Shown here piece after piece: positions 35,475-45,892 of a stretch of DNA of 64,000 bases (the stretch's first letter is position 1; every line of letters starts with the position of its first letter). The position numbers and the translations under genes were made by a program. The DNA is taken from positions 62,001-126,000 of the IMG/VR virus record IMGVR_UViG_3300023083_000001; one strand, 5' to 3'. Under the pieces are notes generated by a model. The model was not told the DNA's origin. It saw nothing but the letters and a program-made list of their open reading frames with translations, and did not search any database.

Positions 35475-37007
35475 TTAATCCCAATCGCGCCAGTCGTTAC
35501 CGCCTTCGCCATTGGTTGCTTTACTACCGACCTTCTTGTACGACAGATCTTCTTCCAGGTTCACATCGTACCTGAAACCAATCATGCCCTGTGGAAGGAA
35601 CTTCAATGCGAAGTATTTATCGGAGTCAGGTGTCGCACCCATCTTCCGGTGTTTAGCCCACGCCACTTCCTGCCACGTATCACCGCCCTGAACAATCTTG
35701 GCGACCATGTACTCATAGTCGAACTCGGTGTCCAGCTTCTTGCAACCTTCGTAGTACCCTTTACCTGGCAGTTTACGGATGTAGTCGTCAGGGAACTGAC
35801 GGGCCAGGGTCTTGGCGTCTGTCGAGAGTTGGTGCGCGGTGTAGTGGAAGATGTTACGAGGTGATGTAAAGCCACGCAACTTCCGATGCAGACCTTGCAC
35901 TTCATCACCTGCTACTTGCACAGGGATGCCGGCCTTACCAATCAGATTGACATAGTCACAACCTGCCGAGATGATCTCAAAGCCATCTTCTTCAAACCCA
36001 CGAAGAATGTCCAGGTACTCATCAGAGGAACCGCCGATCGGGAATTCGACGAACCTGACGTAGTGACCATTGGCTTGGAGTTTCTCTTGGACGTAAGTGG
36101 CCATGTCACGTGCATCAAGGTGTGTGACCATCACCGGCAGACCAAACTCATGTTGCACCAGCAACACGTACAGCTTCTGCAACACCAACTCCAACTTATC
36201 TTCAATAGTGGTGTAGATGTTCAGAGGCTTCTTGGTCTCATCGAACAGAACAGGTTTGTTGAAGATACACATCGAAATGAATGTGTCCAACAACTGACCT
36301 GACTTATTCATACCCGGCAATGCACTGACGTTAGACCACTCACCACGACGAGCACCATCTTGACCGGTCATGCGGTTCGCTGCTTTAAAGGGCAGTGTGA
36401 GAATCGCTCTGGGGTCGATGGACGTCTGGGCTACACGGTATACGTCTGCAACGCTATCGAAGTCTGCAAGGTCAATACAGCGCGCCTTAGAGATAGCTTT
36501 GCGTTTACCACCGATGCTCAACGCTTGGATCTTGGTCAACAGCTGATCACGGTGAACGCTGAAGTCGTCAACCTTACCCATACCGACTTGATAAGATGCG
36601 GTACGTAACAGCTTGACGTACTCTTCTACTGCAATGTAGTCGAGCAACTCGCTGGAGATTTCCTTGACTTTGTCACGGGCAGCGTCAGGGTCATCTACCT
36701 GCAAAAGGGTCTTGCAAAATAGATCATATAGACGATCGTTGTCCCCAGCCGCTATTCGTAAGCGCGCCATGAGGTCATTTAGGTCGTACGCATGTTCCGC
36801 ACCTTTGTTCTTCATCCACACCAGAACACCACGGACCTTCAGGAGCGCGGACCGCTCACGGTTGGTTTCCAGTGGGTCTTCGGGTAGGTTCAGATGCTCC
36901 AGCGTGCGGTCGACCAGGTTTAGTAGAGTCTCGGGATTGTGCGTCCCGGCATGGCTTGAGTAATAGATGGCGCTGATGGCCCTGGCTAACAGTAGCTTTA
37001 TTTCCAT
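35475..37007 (-). CDS. dnaB: DnaB-like replicative helicase (phiKZ gp118-like)
   Basis: Walker A-like ALPGMNKSG, CDYVNL, TAHQLS, EFD; divergent from the gp119/MCP block as in phiKZ. Confidence 0.8.
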   Translation of the reverse strand: MEIKLLLARAISAIYYSSHAGTHNPETLLNLVDRTLEHLNLPEDPLETNRERSALLKVRGVLVWMKNKGAEHAYDLNDLMARLRIAAGDNDRLYDLFCKTLLQVDDPDAARDKVKEISSELLDYIAVEEYVKLLRTASYQVGMGKVDDFSVHRDQLLTKIQALSIGGKRKAISKARCIDLADFDSVADVYRVAQTSIDPRAILTLPFKAANRMTGQDGARRGEWSNVSALPGMNKSGQLLDTFISMCIFNKPVLFDETKKPLNIYTTIEDKLELVLQKLYVLLVQHEFGLPVMVTHLDARDMATYVQEKLQANGHYVRFVEFPIGGSSDEYLDILRGFEEDGFEIISAGCDYVNLIGKAGIPVQVAGDEVQGLHRKLRGFTSPRNIFHYTAHQLSTDAKTLARQFPDDYIRKLPGKGYYEGCKKLDTEFDYEYMVAKIVQGGDTWQEVAWAKHRKMGATPDSDKYFALKFLPQGMIGFRYDVNLEEDLSYKKVGSKATNGEGGNDWRDWD

Positions 37008-37047
37008 GTTGCCTCACCGCAGGCATTCGTTAATTGGGGAATCCATA

Positions 37048-37623
37048 ATGAACAAGCCAATTGAACTCAGGTTCATTCCAAAGTGGCTTAATGGTGCAAT
37101 CATGCACTATCAATCCAACTACAATAATTTCGAGAGCATAGTATCCAGGCATGATGTGGAGATGTATCGGGTTGCTAACAACCATATGCAAACCACACTC
37201 AAACGCCACCTGATCAACGACTTTGTTCTGCCTGCCGCAGAGTTGACCAAAGCGTTTTCGGAAGACGATGCTCTCTTCGCGCTGTTCGGTAACAACCCTA
37301 ATGAGTTGACCGTGCCTGAGTTTGATCTCAAGCGTTTCGTCATTATCCCAGATGTGTATGACGGCATCCTGATCATCGAGAAAGATGAGGATAATGAAGA
37401 GAAGAGTTTGGTAGGTGAACTTCTCTTGGCGTTGGCCTTGTATCGTGGTAAGGAGCAGGCTTACGGTTCGACTACCTTCAAACGATATCTGACTTTGGTG
37501 AATAAAAACACACAGCCAGTACTGTCGCCAAAAGGTGCCATCCGATTCCAGGAAGCCCTCAAGATGAAAATCGCAGCCAATGCCGCAGCAAATGCTGCCG
37601 AGCTTGCGAAGGAAGACCTGTAA
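37048..37623 (+). CDS. virion structural protein (phiKZ gp119-like by synteny)
   Basis: Lies between helicase and MCP; ATG at 37048 after GGGGA. Confidence 0.6.
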   Translation: MNKPIELRFIPKWLNGAIMHYQSNYNNFESIVSRHDVEMYRVANNHMQTTLKRHLINDFVLPAAELTKAFSEDDALFALFGNNPNELTVPEFDLKRFVIIPDVYDGILIIEKDEDNEEKSLVGELLLALALYRGKEQAYGSTTFKRYLTLVNKNTQPVLSPKGAIRFQEALKMKIAANAAANAAELAKEDL

Positions 37624-37816
37624 TCCATGCTATGGAAAACGCCGTATTTAATACGGTAATATGTAGAGTGCGTGTTAATTCACGTACTTAAAGATTTCTT
37701 TACGCCCTGCGGGACGTAGGATCGCTTTGGTTGGTGCACTAATCAGAGGCGGGCGTCGATCCTAAACACAAAGCTTTGATCACTTAAAGATACCAAATGG
37801 CTATTTGGAGCTGTAC

Positions 37817-40078
37817 ATGAAACTCAATGACCTCAAACGTAAAAGCGGCTTCCAGAACGTTGGTGGTGATCGCAAGATCAATGCCCACGCCGTTAAAGAC
37901 GCACTGCTCAGCAACTCCCAGTTGTACAGCGTTGAAAGCGCCCAGCTGATCGGCGACTTGAAAGAAGGCAAATTCGACCTCGACCTGACCCAGGCTGTTG
38001 AAGCTCTGCGTCCATCGCTCGAATCCAGCAATGCCGAAGGCGCTCCTGTAAACAGCACCGGCCTGATGGTCGCTGGTTTCCTGGCATCGTTTGGTCAAGA
38101 TCCAAAGTCGTACCTGAGCCTGGCCGTCAGCACTGAATCCAAAGCTCCTGCCGGCACTGTCTTTGCTCACGCCGATGGCGCCGAGTTCGACTCCGCCTAT
38201 TCGACCGAATCCTTCGACAACCAGTCGCTGGTCGATCACCTGGCAATTTCCGTTGGCCTGAACTACAAGATCAGCCGCCAATCGCCGGCCATGGAAATGA
38301 TCTATCGCACCGTGCCTCTGACCCCAGAGCAAGGCGGCGTCGACATTACCGTTCCTTCGTTGTACGTGCAGAACACTCTGCGCCACGACCTGAGCGGCGA
38401 TGCTTCTGACTTCGGCCTGCGCCGTGTGATGGACTCCACCATCGACCACACCGTTCTGAACGACAACAGCACCGCGCTGATCCCTGTCTACACCGATGCT
38501 GGTAAAGACAAGTTCGTGGCCGAATCCGTCGTCGAACCGTTCGAATCCGTCGTTGGTCGCCGTACCGTGACCACCAGCGCCCTGGCGCTGAACAAGACCA
38601 TCAACCTGTTCGGCCTGGGTCAAGCTGACACCATCCAACGCGTTGGTCAGTCTGACTACACCGAAGCAATGGACCGTAACATCGGCGTGGACTCCGTCTA
38701 CTTCGCAGTTGGCGGCAAAACCATTCGCTGGGACACTCGTGGCCTGCCATTCAGCCGCTTCGTGAAAGGTCCAGAGCAAGGCGGGCGTCAGCTGATGCTG
38801 AACTTCCCTCTGACCACTCTGATCCTGGGTCCAGGCAGCACTGACTACGAAGGCACTGTCCTGACCGGCGGCGTATTCGACATCATCACCACTGGCAAGT
38901 ACAAAGTGCGCCTGCGCACCGTGCTGACCGGTAACGCTGACGTTGAACGCGGCACTGTAACCGTGAGCGCAAGCCAGGTTGAAGTGTTGAACGTGCAGAA
39001 CGAAGCTGGCGACATGGTTCCTCTGACCACCGGCGCTGGCAAGTCCATCGTTGATGGCCTGGCTAACCTGGGCGTTGTGGGCTGGTACCCAGATGCACGC
39101 GTTACCAACAGCAACCACCGTCACCTCGGCCTGATGCTGAACGTGCGTACCGTCACCGAGCGCTTGCAGACTCGTCTGCGTTCGCCATTCTTCGTTCCGT
39201 ACCCAGTGAACGAAGAGCGTGACCAGACCATCATGGACTACCTGACCTTCGCGGTCGGCGCGTACATGAACAACGAAGCTGTCAGCACTCTGATCAACTA
39301 TCACGAGCGTCTGATGCGCCTCACCGGTGGTCTGCGTGGTGCAATGACCGCGGGCGACTTCGAGCTGAACGCTCTGCCTATCGAAGGCGTTGGTCGTTAC
39401 CTGATCAACCCGTACGTAGCGGAAGTGAACATCAACCTGCTGAACGGCCAATCCCTGGAAACCTCTGGTAACCTGGAAAACGCCAACGCAGTGCTGATCA
39501 ACGCCGTTCGTTCGATCGCGTTCGAAATCCTGCAAAACACCAACTATGAGAACGCTTGCCGTTACATGGACGGTGGCGATACCGCTCAGCCTTGGAAAAT
39601 CGCTCTGGTCACCTCCCCAGCGATCAAGCAGTTCTTCAGCGTTTCGGGCGACACTCGTACCCTGGGTGCAAACCTGCCGTTCCAACTGGAATCGGATCCA
39701 GACAGCCGTCTGCGTAACACGATGTACATGACCTTCATCCGTGAAGGCGATGGCATCGACCCGCTGAACGCTGGCGTGAACTTGATGACCCCGACCCTCG
39801 TGTCGAGCATCACCACGACTCGTAACAACCGTGTTGCAACTGAATGCGTGGTTCAACCTCGCTTCCAGCACTACAACCTGTTGCCGATCATCGTGAAGTT
39901 CAACGTGAGCGGGGTGTTCGAACTGTTGGAATCTGTGATGCCCTTTCGTGTCCAGAACCAACCGGTTGACGCTTTCGAAGGTAGCCCCTCTACAGGTACT
40001 ACCCCGACTGGCGGTAACGAGACCCCAGTAACTGCTCCTGCTGGCGGTACTGACAGCGGCGCTGGCGCCGGTGCGTAA
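37817..40078 (+). CDS. major capsid protein (phiKZ gp120-like)
   Basis: 753 aa; propeptide with VSTES/YSTES; GLNY..SRQ...E..Y, FSRF..G, DP.N.G motifs; strong codon bias; ATG at 37817 after GGAG. Confidence 0.9.
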   Translation: MKLNDLKRKSGFQNVGGDRKINAHAVKDALLSNSQLYSVESAQLIGDLKEGKFDLDLTQAVEALRPSLESSNAEGAPVNSTGLMVAGFLASFGQDPKSYLSLAVSTESKAPAGTVFAHADGAEFDSAYSTESFDNQSLVDHLAISVGLNYKISRQSPAMEMIYRTVPLTPEQGGVDITVPSLYVQNTLRHDLSGDASDFGLRRVMDSTIDHTVLNDNSTALIPVYTDAGKDKFVAESVVEPFESVVGRRTVTTSALALNKTINLFGLGQADTIQRVGQSDYTEAMDRNIGVDSVYFAVGGKTIRWDTRGLPFSRFVKGPEQGGRQLMLNFPLTTLILGPGSTDYEGTVLTGGVFDIITTGKYKVRLRTVLTGNADVERGTVTVSASQVEVLNVQNEAGDMVPLTTGAGKSIVDGLANLGVVGWYPDARVTNSNHRHLGLMLNVRTVTERLQTRLRSPFFVPYPVNEERDQTIMDYLTFAVGAYMNNEAVSTLINYHERLMRLTGGLRGAMTAGDFELNALPIEGVGRYLINPYVAEVNINLLNGQSLETSGNLENANAVLINAVRSIAFEILQNTNYENACRYMDGGDTAQPWKIALVTSPAIKQFFSVSGDTRTLGANLPFQLESDPDSRLRNTMYMTFIREGDGIDPLNAGVNLMTPTLVSSITTTRNNRVATECVVQPRFQHYNLLPIIVKFNVSGVFELLESVMPFRVQNQPVDAFEGSPSTGTTPTGGNETPVTAPAGGTDSGAGAGA

Positions 40079-40107
40079 GCACTAGCCACATCTAGCAATT
40101 AGGTGAG

Positions 40108-40149
40108 TATATAGCCGTGGGGAAACCCACGGCTATATATGCCCTTTAT
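40108..40149 (+). terminator. terminator after MCP
   Basis: 14-bp stem TATATAGCCGTGGG/CCCACGGCTATATA, then TG and TTTATG. Confidence 0.65.
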
Positions 40150-40170
40150 GCCCGATCTATCTAAAAGATC

Positions 40171-40188
40171 TACAGACATACATTACCA
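40171..40188 (+). promoter_or_regulatory. putative early promoter motif
   Basis: TACAGACATACATTACC upstream of the nvRNAP-containing operon. Confidence 0.5.
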
Positions 40189-40254
40189 CTTGGTGGAGTA
40201 GATAGTAGCAAGGCTTTTAGTACAATGTATATTTTAACAAAGGGACCATCATTT

Positions 40255-41337
40255 ATGGATAACTCTGGCCGCCGGTTTTCCGTACTCGACAAATGTCGGG
40301 TGACGACGGCGTTCGCTGCTTCAACGGCAGGGGAGCACGGCATAGACTCCATGACGGTTACTAACCGTTATTTCAATCACACGTCCCATCAAATCAACGT
40401 GAAAACGAGAATGGGTGTGAACGCAACATTGCAGCCTACGCGGAACACAATACGCAATGAGCGTATTGAGATCCATGTGGATTGGCAAATGTCCAGTGAT
40501 ACGTTTAAGCGATGTGAACGCGATCTGGTTGATAAAAATGTAAGGCCTGATTCATTGATGGGGATGGTGATCAGAGCGTTTGATCAACGCCATCCAAGAA
40601 ATCGAGCTAACCAGTATTCGGCAGTTGTTGTCATCGAGTTCTCGTTGAAAGAACTGATGGAAGCTGGTGGTGTGGTTTATCTGGAAGAAGTGGATCTGCT
40701 GGTGTCAATCGGCGAACACAAGAATGAACTGATCGATCATCCGTTCGGTGCCAATGAACGGTTGCGAGCAGGGCTAGCTGCCAGTATTCCTCACCTGGGA
40801 AAAGAAACCTTCCTTATGTCCATTAAGGCAGTTGACAACAGTGCACTCAGACGACATCAGGATCGCTTCCTCCTGATCGGTGACGAGGTGCACCATATCC
40901 CGATTGAGGCGGATATGCAACTCCAGACAGGCATCCACATTACCACTCGGCATTGTGCACTCGGTAAGTTACGAGAAGGTACTGGCGGTCACGTCAAGAC
41001 TCAGTTCCTAAGCTTTGATGAAGCGGATAAACGTTTCGGATTTGCAGACACCATTGAGAAGGCCAGATCCAATGGTACTTGGGAAGGAGTGTGGAAGGAA
41101 AAGCTGGCAGAGAAAACGTACGAACAAAAGCAGTGGGAGCAGGAAGTCAAAGACCGTGCCATTGAGCGAGAAGATCGTATCAATGAAGTTCGGGCCAGAC
41201 AAATGCAGGAAAAGATCAAGGATGATACTAATAAGGAAGAGGTAAAGAACTTCGGGGATTGGATGCGAATCATCGGAGTGACGGTTACAGCTGCATTTAC
41301 GCTAGTTGGCATATTTGCTAAAATGAAACCAGCTTAA
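40255..41337 (+). CDS. conserved jumbo-phage protein (phiKZ gp122-like by synteny), C-terminal coiled coil plus TM
   Basis: Position between MCP and nvRNAP beta; C-terminal IIGVTVTAAFTLVGIFAK. Confidence 0.65.
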   Translation: MDNSGRRFSVLDKCRVTTAFAASTAGEHGIDSMTVTNRYFNHTSHQINVKTRMGVNATLQPTRNTIRNERIEIHVDWQMSSDTFKRCERDLVDKNVRPDSLMGMVIRAFDQRHPRNRANQYSAVVVIEFSLKELMEAGGVVYLEEVDLLVSIGEHKNELIDHPFGANERLRAGLAASIPHLGKETFLMSIKAVDNSALRRHQDRFLLIGDEVHHIPIEADMQLQTGIHITTRHCALGKLREGTGGHVKTQFLSFDEADKRFGFADTIEKARSNGTWEGVWKEKLAEKTYEQKQWEQEVKDRAIEREDRINEVRARQMQEKIKDDTNKEEVKNFGDWMRIIGVTVTAAFTLVGIFAKMKPA

Positions 41338-41359
41338 GCTGAAAGGGGCGGGGAAGTTA

Positions 41360-43060
41360 ATGCCAGATATCGAGTTATTTAATGAACTGCAAGAGGACAT
41401 GCCCAGCTTTAACCAGGAGATCATGGATGGCTTGGCGTATACGGGGCTTGAGAAAGCTAAAGAGGAAGTAGATCTCCTCATCCGTTGTGCTGAAGGTAGT
41501 TATCCAGACGGCTTTGAGTTCCTGGGGTCTGTTGTTTGTAGTCCACAAGAAGCGTACAGTGTCATGGCTAGCTCCCTGACGAGGTCTGATCGTTCGACAC
41601 CCTCGGTAGATCTCGCCCCAAGTGATGTCTTCTTGGTAAAATACCGCTTTGCGGCAGACGGTAAGGAGTTGTATCCACGATACTTCTATTTGCCGTATGT
41701 TCGCAAGGGCGGTTTGATTATGATCGCTGGTAAACAGTTCTCCATAAGCCCGATCTTGACTGACCCGTGTTTCTCGGTTGGTCCAGACAATGTATTCATC
41801 CGCATGAGTCGGGCGCCTGTTACATTCAAGCGTGTGATCAACACGGTAATGATTAATGGGGAACAAGTCTCGAAGTATGTAGCCTACAGTTGGCTGCATC
41901 ACCGAGGTGGCAATAACAACAAGAAGAGTGAAAGCGACACTCTGTCTCTCGGTCGGGTAATGACAACATTACCCCACTACTTGTTCTGCAAATACGGAAT
42001 GGAAGAAGCCTTCAAACGCTTTGCCCACACCAGCTACAAACTCGAAATCGTTGACATCCCGCTGGACGATCGTAAAGACCGTTACCAGTTGACACTCAAC
42101 GAGTTGGAAAATCGAGGGTATGACCTGAAGAAGTGGGAGGTCATCATGTCCAACCATGTACGACCTTCTACGCTAAAGACTCGTGGCGACTACAACGTAA
42201 TGGCGACGCCCATCGTCATGCTGATACCGAAGAAGAATCTGAACGTATTGGCAACGTTGTTCGCGACGGCGTTTTTCTATATCGTGGATCATTATCCTAC
42301 GTTCCACGATTGTGAAGAACTGAACGACAGCTTCCGCTGGAAGATCTGGCTGGGTTACGTCCTCTGGGGCGATCAGCTGGGTTGGAGTAAGCTGGTAGAA
42401 AACGTAGACAGCCACCTGGCCTCTTTGGACGACTATGTCGACATTGAAGTCAAGCGGATGCTTATCGAAGAAGAGGAGCTGGATATTGACAACATCTATC
42501 AACTCTTTGTCTACATCTTGCAAGAGATGGATGACTTGATCGATAAGAAAGAAGAAGACATCGGCAGTATGTACGGTAAACGGTTGGTAACAGCTCCCTA
42601 CGTGTTACGTGATATCTTCGAGCAGATCTTTCGCTGCTTGTTTGAAATCACAAACAACAAGAAACGTAAACATACCGCAGATGACTACAACAAGATCCTG
42701 GGTAAGTACTTCATGCCCACGATCATCTTCAATCTGCGTAAGACCAGTAGCAAGCCGTACATGTCCTCGGTCTCAACCCCCGGTGACAACATGTTGTTCA
42801 AGATTACATCGCGACTGGTGATGCAAGCCCAAACCTCTGCCGGTCGTAAGTCTTCGAACATCAACGTCAATGATCCGTTGTCGAGGCTCCACCCGTCAAT
42901 TGCAGAGGCCGGTAACCATTTGGTATTGCCCAAGCATAGCCCTCTTGGTCGTAACACCTTGAACGTTACCGCTCGACTGGATGTCAAGAAGACTATCCAA
43001 CGCAAGGAACACATGGTGGAAGTCATCGAACACATTGATGAGGCTATCCATCGCTCGTAA
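41360..43060 (+). CDS. rpoB: non-virion RNA polymerase beta subunit, N-terminal part (phiKZ gp123-like)
   Basis: LPYV..GG...IAG..F.I.P.L.D, YGKRL and LHPSIAE motifs; synteny after MCP. Confidence 0.8.
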   Translation: MPDIELFNELQEDMPSFNQEIMDGLAYTGLEKAKEEVDLLIRCAEGSYPDGFEFLGSVVCSPQEAYSVMASSLTRSDRSTPSVDLAPSDVFLVKYRFAADGKELYPRYFYLPYVRKGGLIMIAGKQFSISPILTDPCFSVGPDNVFIRMSRAPVTFKRVINTVMINGEQVSKYVAYSWLHHRGGNNNKKSESDTLSLGRVMTTLPHYLFCKYGMEEAFKRFAHTSYKLEIVDIPLDDRKDRYQLTLNELENRGYDLKKWEVIMSNHVRPSTLKTRGDYNVMATPIVMLIPKKNLNVLATLFATAFFYIVDHYPTFHDCEELNDSFRWKIWLGYVLWGDQLGWSKLVENVDSHLASLDDYVDIEVKRMLIEEEELDIDNIYQLFVYILQEMDDLIDKKEEDIGSMYGKRLVTAPYVLRDIFEQIFRCLFEITNNKKRKHTADDYNKILGKYFMPTIIFNLRKTSSKPYMSSVSTPGDNMLFKITSRLVMQAQTSAGRKSSNINVNDPLSRLHPSIAEAGNHLVLPKHSPLGRNTLNVTARLDVKKTIQRKEHMVEVIEHIDEAIHRS

Positions 43061-43091
43061 AGAATAAACCCGTGTTGTACTTGGAGTGCCT

Positions 43092-44981
43092 ATGAGTATC
43101 GATTCAAAGATTTGGGATTTCCTGGCAGATCGTGCTGTGGAGTTTATCACCAAAAAGGAAAGCGTCAGCGATCTGCGCGGTAAGTACTTTGACATCATGT
43201 CGGAGGCTCGCTGGGCAAATCCTGCGTTCAACAAGCTGATTGACAACATCTATCATTCGTTGGACAACATTGAGCGCATGTGTGCTCAGCGTGGTGACAA
43301 AGACGAAGACTGGATGGCCGACGGTGTGGCCAGGATGGTAGATGGTCATTTCGCCAGCAGTGTGCTCAGCGATAACCGCATTGCCGATTCTCTTGGGCAA
43401 CGCGATTATGACGGCATGGTGGCGGCCTTTGATGAATTCAAGGAACTCACCGGGCAAAGCCGTAGCCGTGGGCGGGATAGCGGTTACGATCGTGGCCGGG
43501 GTAGCTTCGGTAATGCTGCTACTGACCGTGGCGGTCGGGAAGCGCCTAGTCGTGGGCGTGACCTTGGCGTGGGTCGTGGATCAACTCCTGGCCGTTCTAG
43601 CGGTAGTCGCTCGGCTGGGGTTGGTGACAGCTGGGACATGCTCGCCAACATTGGTGACGAGCCTCAACCGGAACAACAACGCCGGACCGTCGAACCGGAA
43701 TCACGTTACGTACCGCCAGTTGCACAGGCGGTAGTGGAACCGATTCGCAATGTACGTGCGCAAGTTACAATTGATGGGCCTGATTACACCAAAGCTCGAC
43801 CTTACGATCGTTTCCGTCGTGGGGACGAGTTGTGGGAACTGGCTCATCTGAGCAAATGGAAACTTACCGGGGACGGTGTCGACATCGAATCAACCATCCC
43901 TACCTTGTATAACTGCAATACACACGTCAAGTATTTCGTTCAGGATCTTGACGGTCGTGTTCGTGAGGAGTTAGAACCCGTGAATGAAGATACCCGCTAC
44001 GCCGCCCATGAAACTTTGAACCGTGCCAGCGATCAGCCGGTTGCCCCTAAACCTGCATCGTCGGGTTTCAGTCGCGCAACATTGCAAAGCGGCGGCGATG
44101 ACGATGGCCTGTCCAAAGAACACAAGCCGACTCCCCGCCAGAAGCTTGTCGACTTGATCGACGACATCAAAGAAGATCAGCTGCAACTGAACGCCGCATC
44201 GCCGGTTGACAGTCTGACCGGGGCAATCTTCTCTACTCGTGCCAAGCTGCGCGCTGACAACGAACATGCCCGCGTCGATCTGCATCTGCTGCGTACACCC
44301 ATCGTCGCCACCAGCTTTGAACAGATCGCTCTGATCGAACTGGTGTACAACACCAACAGCCTGGCCGGTGCGCAAGAGAAGTTGAACGAACTGAAGCCCC
44401 AGTTCGATCTGCCAGTGTGGGAAACGCTGAACACACGTTTCTCGGACTACCTCCTGCGCGCTCTGCGTTTCCAGTTCCAGTACAACGAAATCGTGAAGTT
44501 CAACTTCAGCAAACACTACGGCAAGTTGCTGGAGAAGTTTGCAGCAGACCGCGGGGCTGATGCAGCGGCATCGTTTGCTCATCGTGTTGGTTACATTACC
44601 GACTTGGCCTGCGGTCACTTCAGCAAAGATGACGTTGCCGGGTACACCGAAGATTTGTTCGAGCACAAGGCGTTCGAATCTGAAGGTGTGACTGTACCTG
44701 TTGTATCGTTTGTCGACTTCATCGCTTTGGCGGCATTTGACGCCACGCTTGACCAGCTGGGCATCGGCAACCAGTTGGATAACTCGGAAATGGGGGTAGT
44801 GGTCAATGCAACCGACCACTCCGAACTGAATCGCTCGCTGCGTAAACTGTACGAGAACCTCGATCGTGCGGTGCCAACGCCTGCGAAGATTCGTGCTTAC
44901 CTGTCCACCTCGGACAATCGCCTGGTAGAAGTACTGCCGTACGCCAACAAGACTGACGTGTTCATTCTGGCTGCGGTGTAG
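43092..44981 (+). CDS. conserved hypothetical protein with RG-rich disordered linker
   Basis: ATG at 43092 after GGAG; follows the nvRNAP gene. Confidence 0.75.
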   Translation: MSIDSKIWDFLADRAVEFITKKESVSDLRGKYFDIMSEARWANPAFNKLIDNIYHSLDNIERMCAQRGDKDEDWMADGVARMVDGHFASSVLSDNRIADSLGQRDYDGMVAAFDEFKELTGQSRSRGRDSGYDRGRGSFGNAATDRGGREAPSRGRDLGVGRGSTPGRSSGSRSAGVGDSWDMLANIGDEPQPEQQRRTVEPESRYVPPVAQAVVEPIRNVRAQVTIDGPDYTKARPYDRFRRGDELWELAHLSKWKLTGDGVDIESTIPTLYNCNTHVKYFVQDLDGRVREELEPVNEDTRYAAHETLNRASDQPVAPKPASSGFSRATLQSGGDDDGLSKEHKPTPRQKLVDLIDDIKEDQLQLNAASPVDSLTGAIFSTRAKLRADNEHARVDLHLLRTPIVATSFEQIALIELVYNTNSLAGAQEKLNELKPQFDLPVWETLNTRFSDYLLRALRFQFQYNEIVKFNFSKHYGKLLEKFAADRGADAAASFAHRVGYITDLACGHFSKDDVAGYTEDLFEHKAFESEGVTVPVVSFVDFIALAAFDATLDQLGIGNQLDNSEMGVVVNATDHSELNRSLRKLYENLDRAVPTPAKIRAYLSTSDNRLVEVLPYANKTDVFILAAV

Positions 44982-45150
44982 TCACCTAAGCGCTAAAAGC
45001 CATTCTGCTCCACAAGCAATAGGTGGCCAGGTAAGTATTCATTAATCTAACTGTTTCAAATAATAGGACGAATCCGCAGACTTCTCTTAACGGAGGTCTG
45101 TGGTCACCCAATCTTTGGGTGTTTCTTTTTTTTGTGGTGAGGACGTATTC

Positions 45151-45888
45151 ATGAGTGATCTCATTGAAGATCTGGCATTCACACGTGTAGAAAGCGCAGA
45201 GGCTAGCTTTGAGGCTTCCAGCGTCGAGTACGAGGTTGAGATCTACCTTGAAGGTTTCGACATTGAGGAGATCAAGTCTAAGGCTGTCACACACTGCTCG
45301 CAAGAGCAATGGGGTATCTTTGTACCAAAGACTGATGCAAACGCCTCCAGCGGCTCCATACGCGTTCGTAAGAGCGTGTCTGTAGACGACGAGACCAAGT
45401 ACGAACTCACCACGAAGACTTCGGCAGGTGATAGCGGAAAGAACGAACATGAGATCGATACTGACGACGTGCAGTTCGAACAGTTCAAACGGTTTGCCGA
45501 TCAAGGTCTGATCAAGACTCGCTACGAGTTCCCTGGGCAGCTGGAAGGCGGTATTGACTTCACGTACGAAGTGGATGTGTTCTACAACGCTCGTGGGGAA
45601 TTGGTGCCGTGGGTCAAGATTGATGCTGAGCTACCTGTGGGTACACCGTTCAATCCTGAAATGATTCCATTGACGTACACTGATCGAATCCTCATCACGC
45701 CTGAACTAAAAGGCCGTAATGAAGTCCTCGAGAAGAAGATCGCCAATCTGTACGAGAAGTACTTCCGCGCGATGAACGTTTACGTCGGTACTACTGTAGA
45801 CGATGCGGCCGTGATTGCAGCTGAAGTCCCTACTGAGCAAGTGAATCAAACCGATGCGGTTACAGACGAAAACTCTGAAGCGGCATAA
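45151..45888 (+). CDS. CYTH/triphosphate-tunnel metalloenzyme-like protein
   Basis: EYEVE, IRVR, ELTTK, KTRYEF, EVDVF and KIDAE motifs; ATG at 45151 after GAGGA. Confidence 0.7.
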   Translation: MSDLIEDLAFTRVESAEASFEASSVEYEVEIYLEGFDIEEIKSKAVTHCSQEQWGIFVPKTDANASSGSIRVRKSVSVDDETKYELTTKTSAGDSGKNEHEIDTDDVQFEQFKRFADQGLIKTRYEFPGQLEGGIDFTYEVDVFYNARGELVPWVKIDAELPVGTPFNPEMIPLTYTDRILITPELKGRNEVLEKKIANLYEKYFRAMNVYVGTTVDDAAVIAAEVPTEQVNQTDAVTDENSEAA

Positions 45889-45892
45889 ACGA

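Noticed and set aside
37784-39961. 725-aa ORF antisense to the major capsid gene
   Set aside because: Shadow of strong codon bias in a highly expressed gene; no SD and no protein-like motifs. The same applies to the long shadow ORFs at 7711, 28400, 31623 and 56794.
44986-45504. 172-aa - strand ORF
   Set aside because: Mostly antisense to the CYTH gene, crosses a T-run/hairpin intergenic region, and has no recognisable features.
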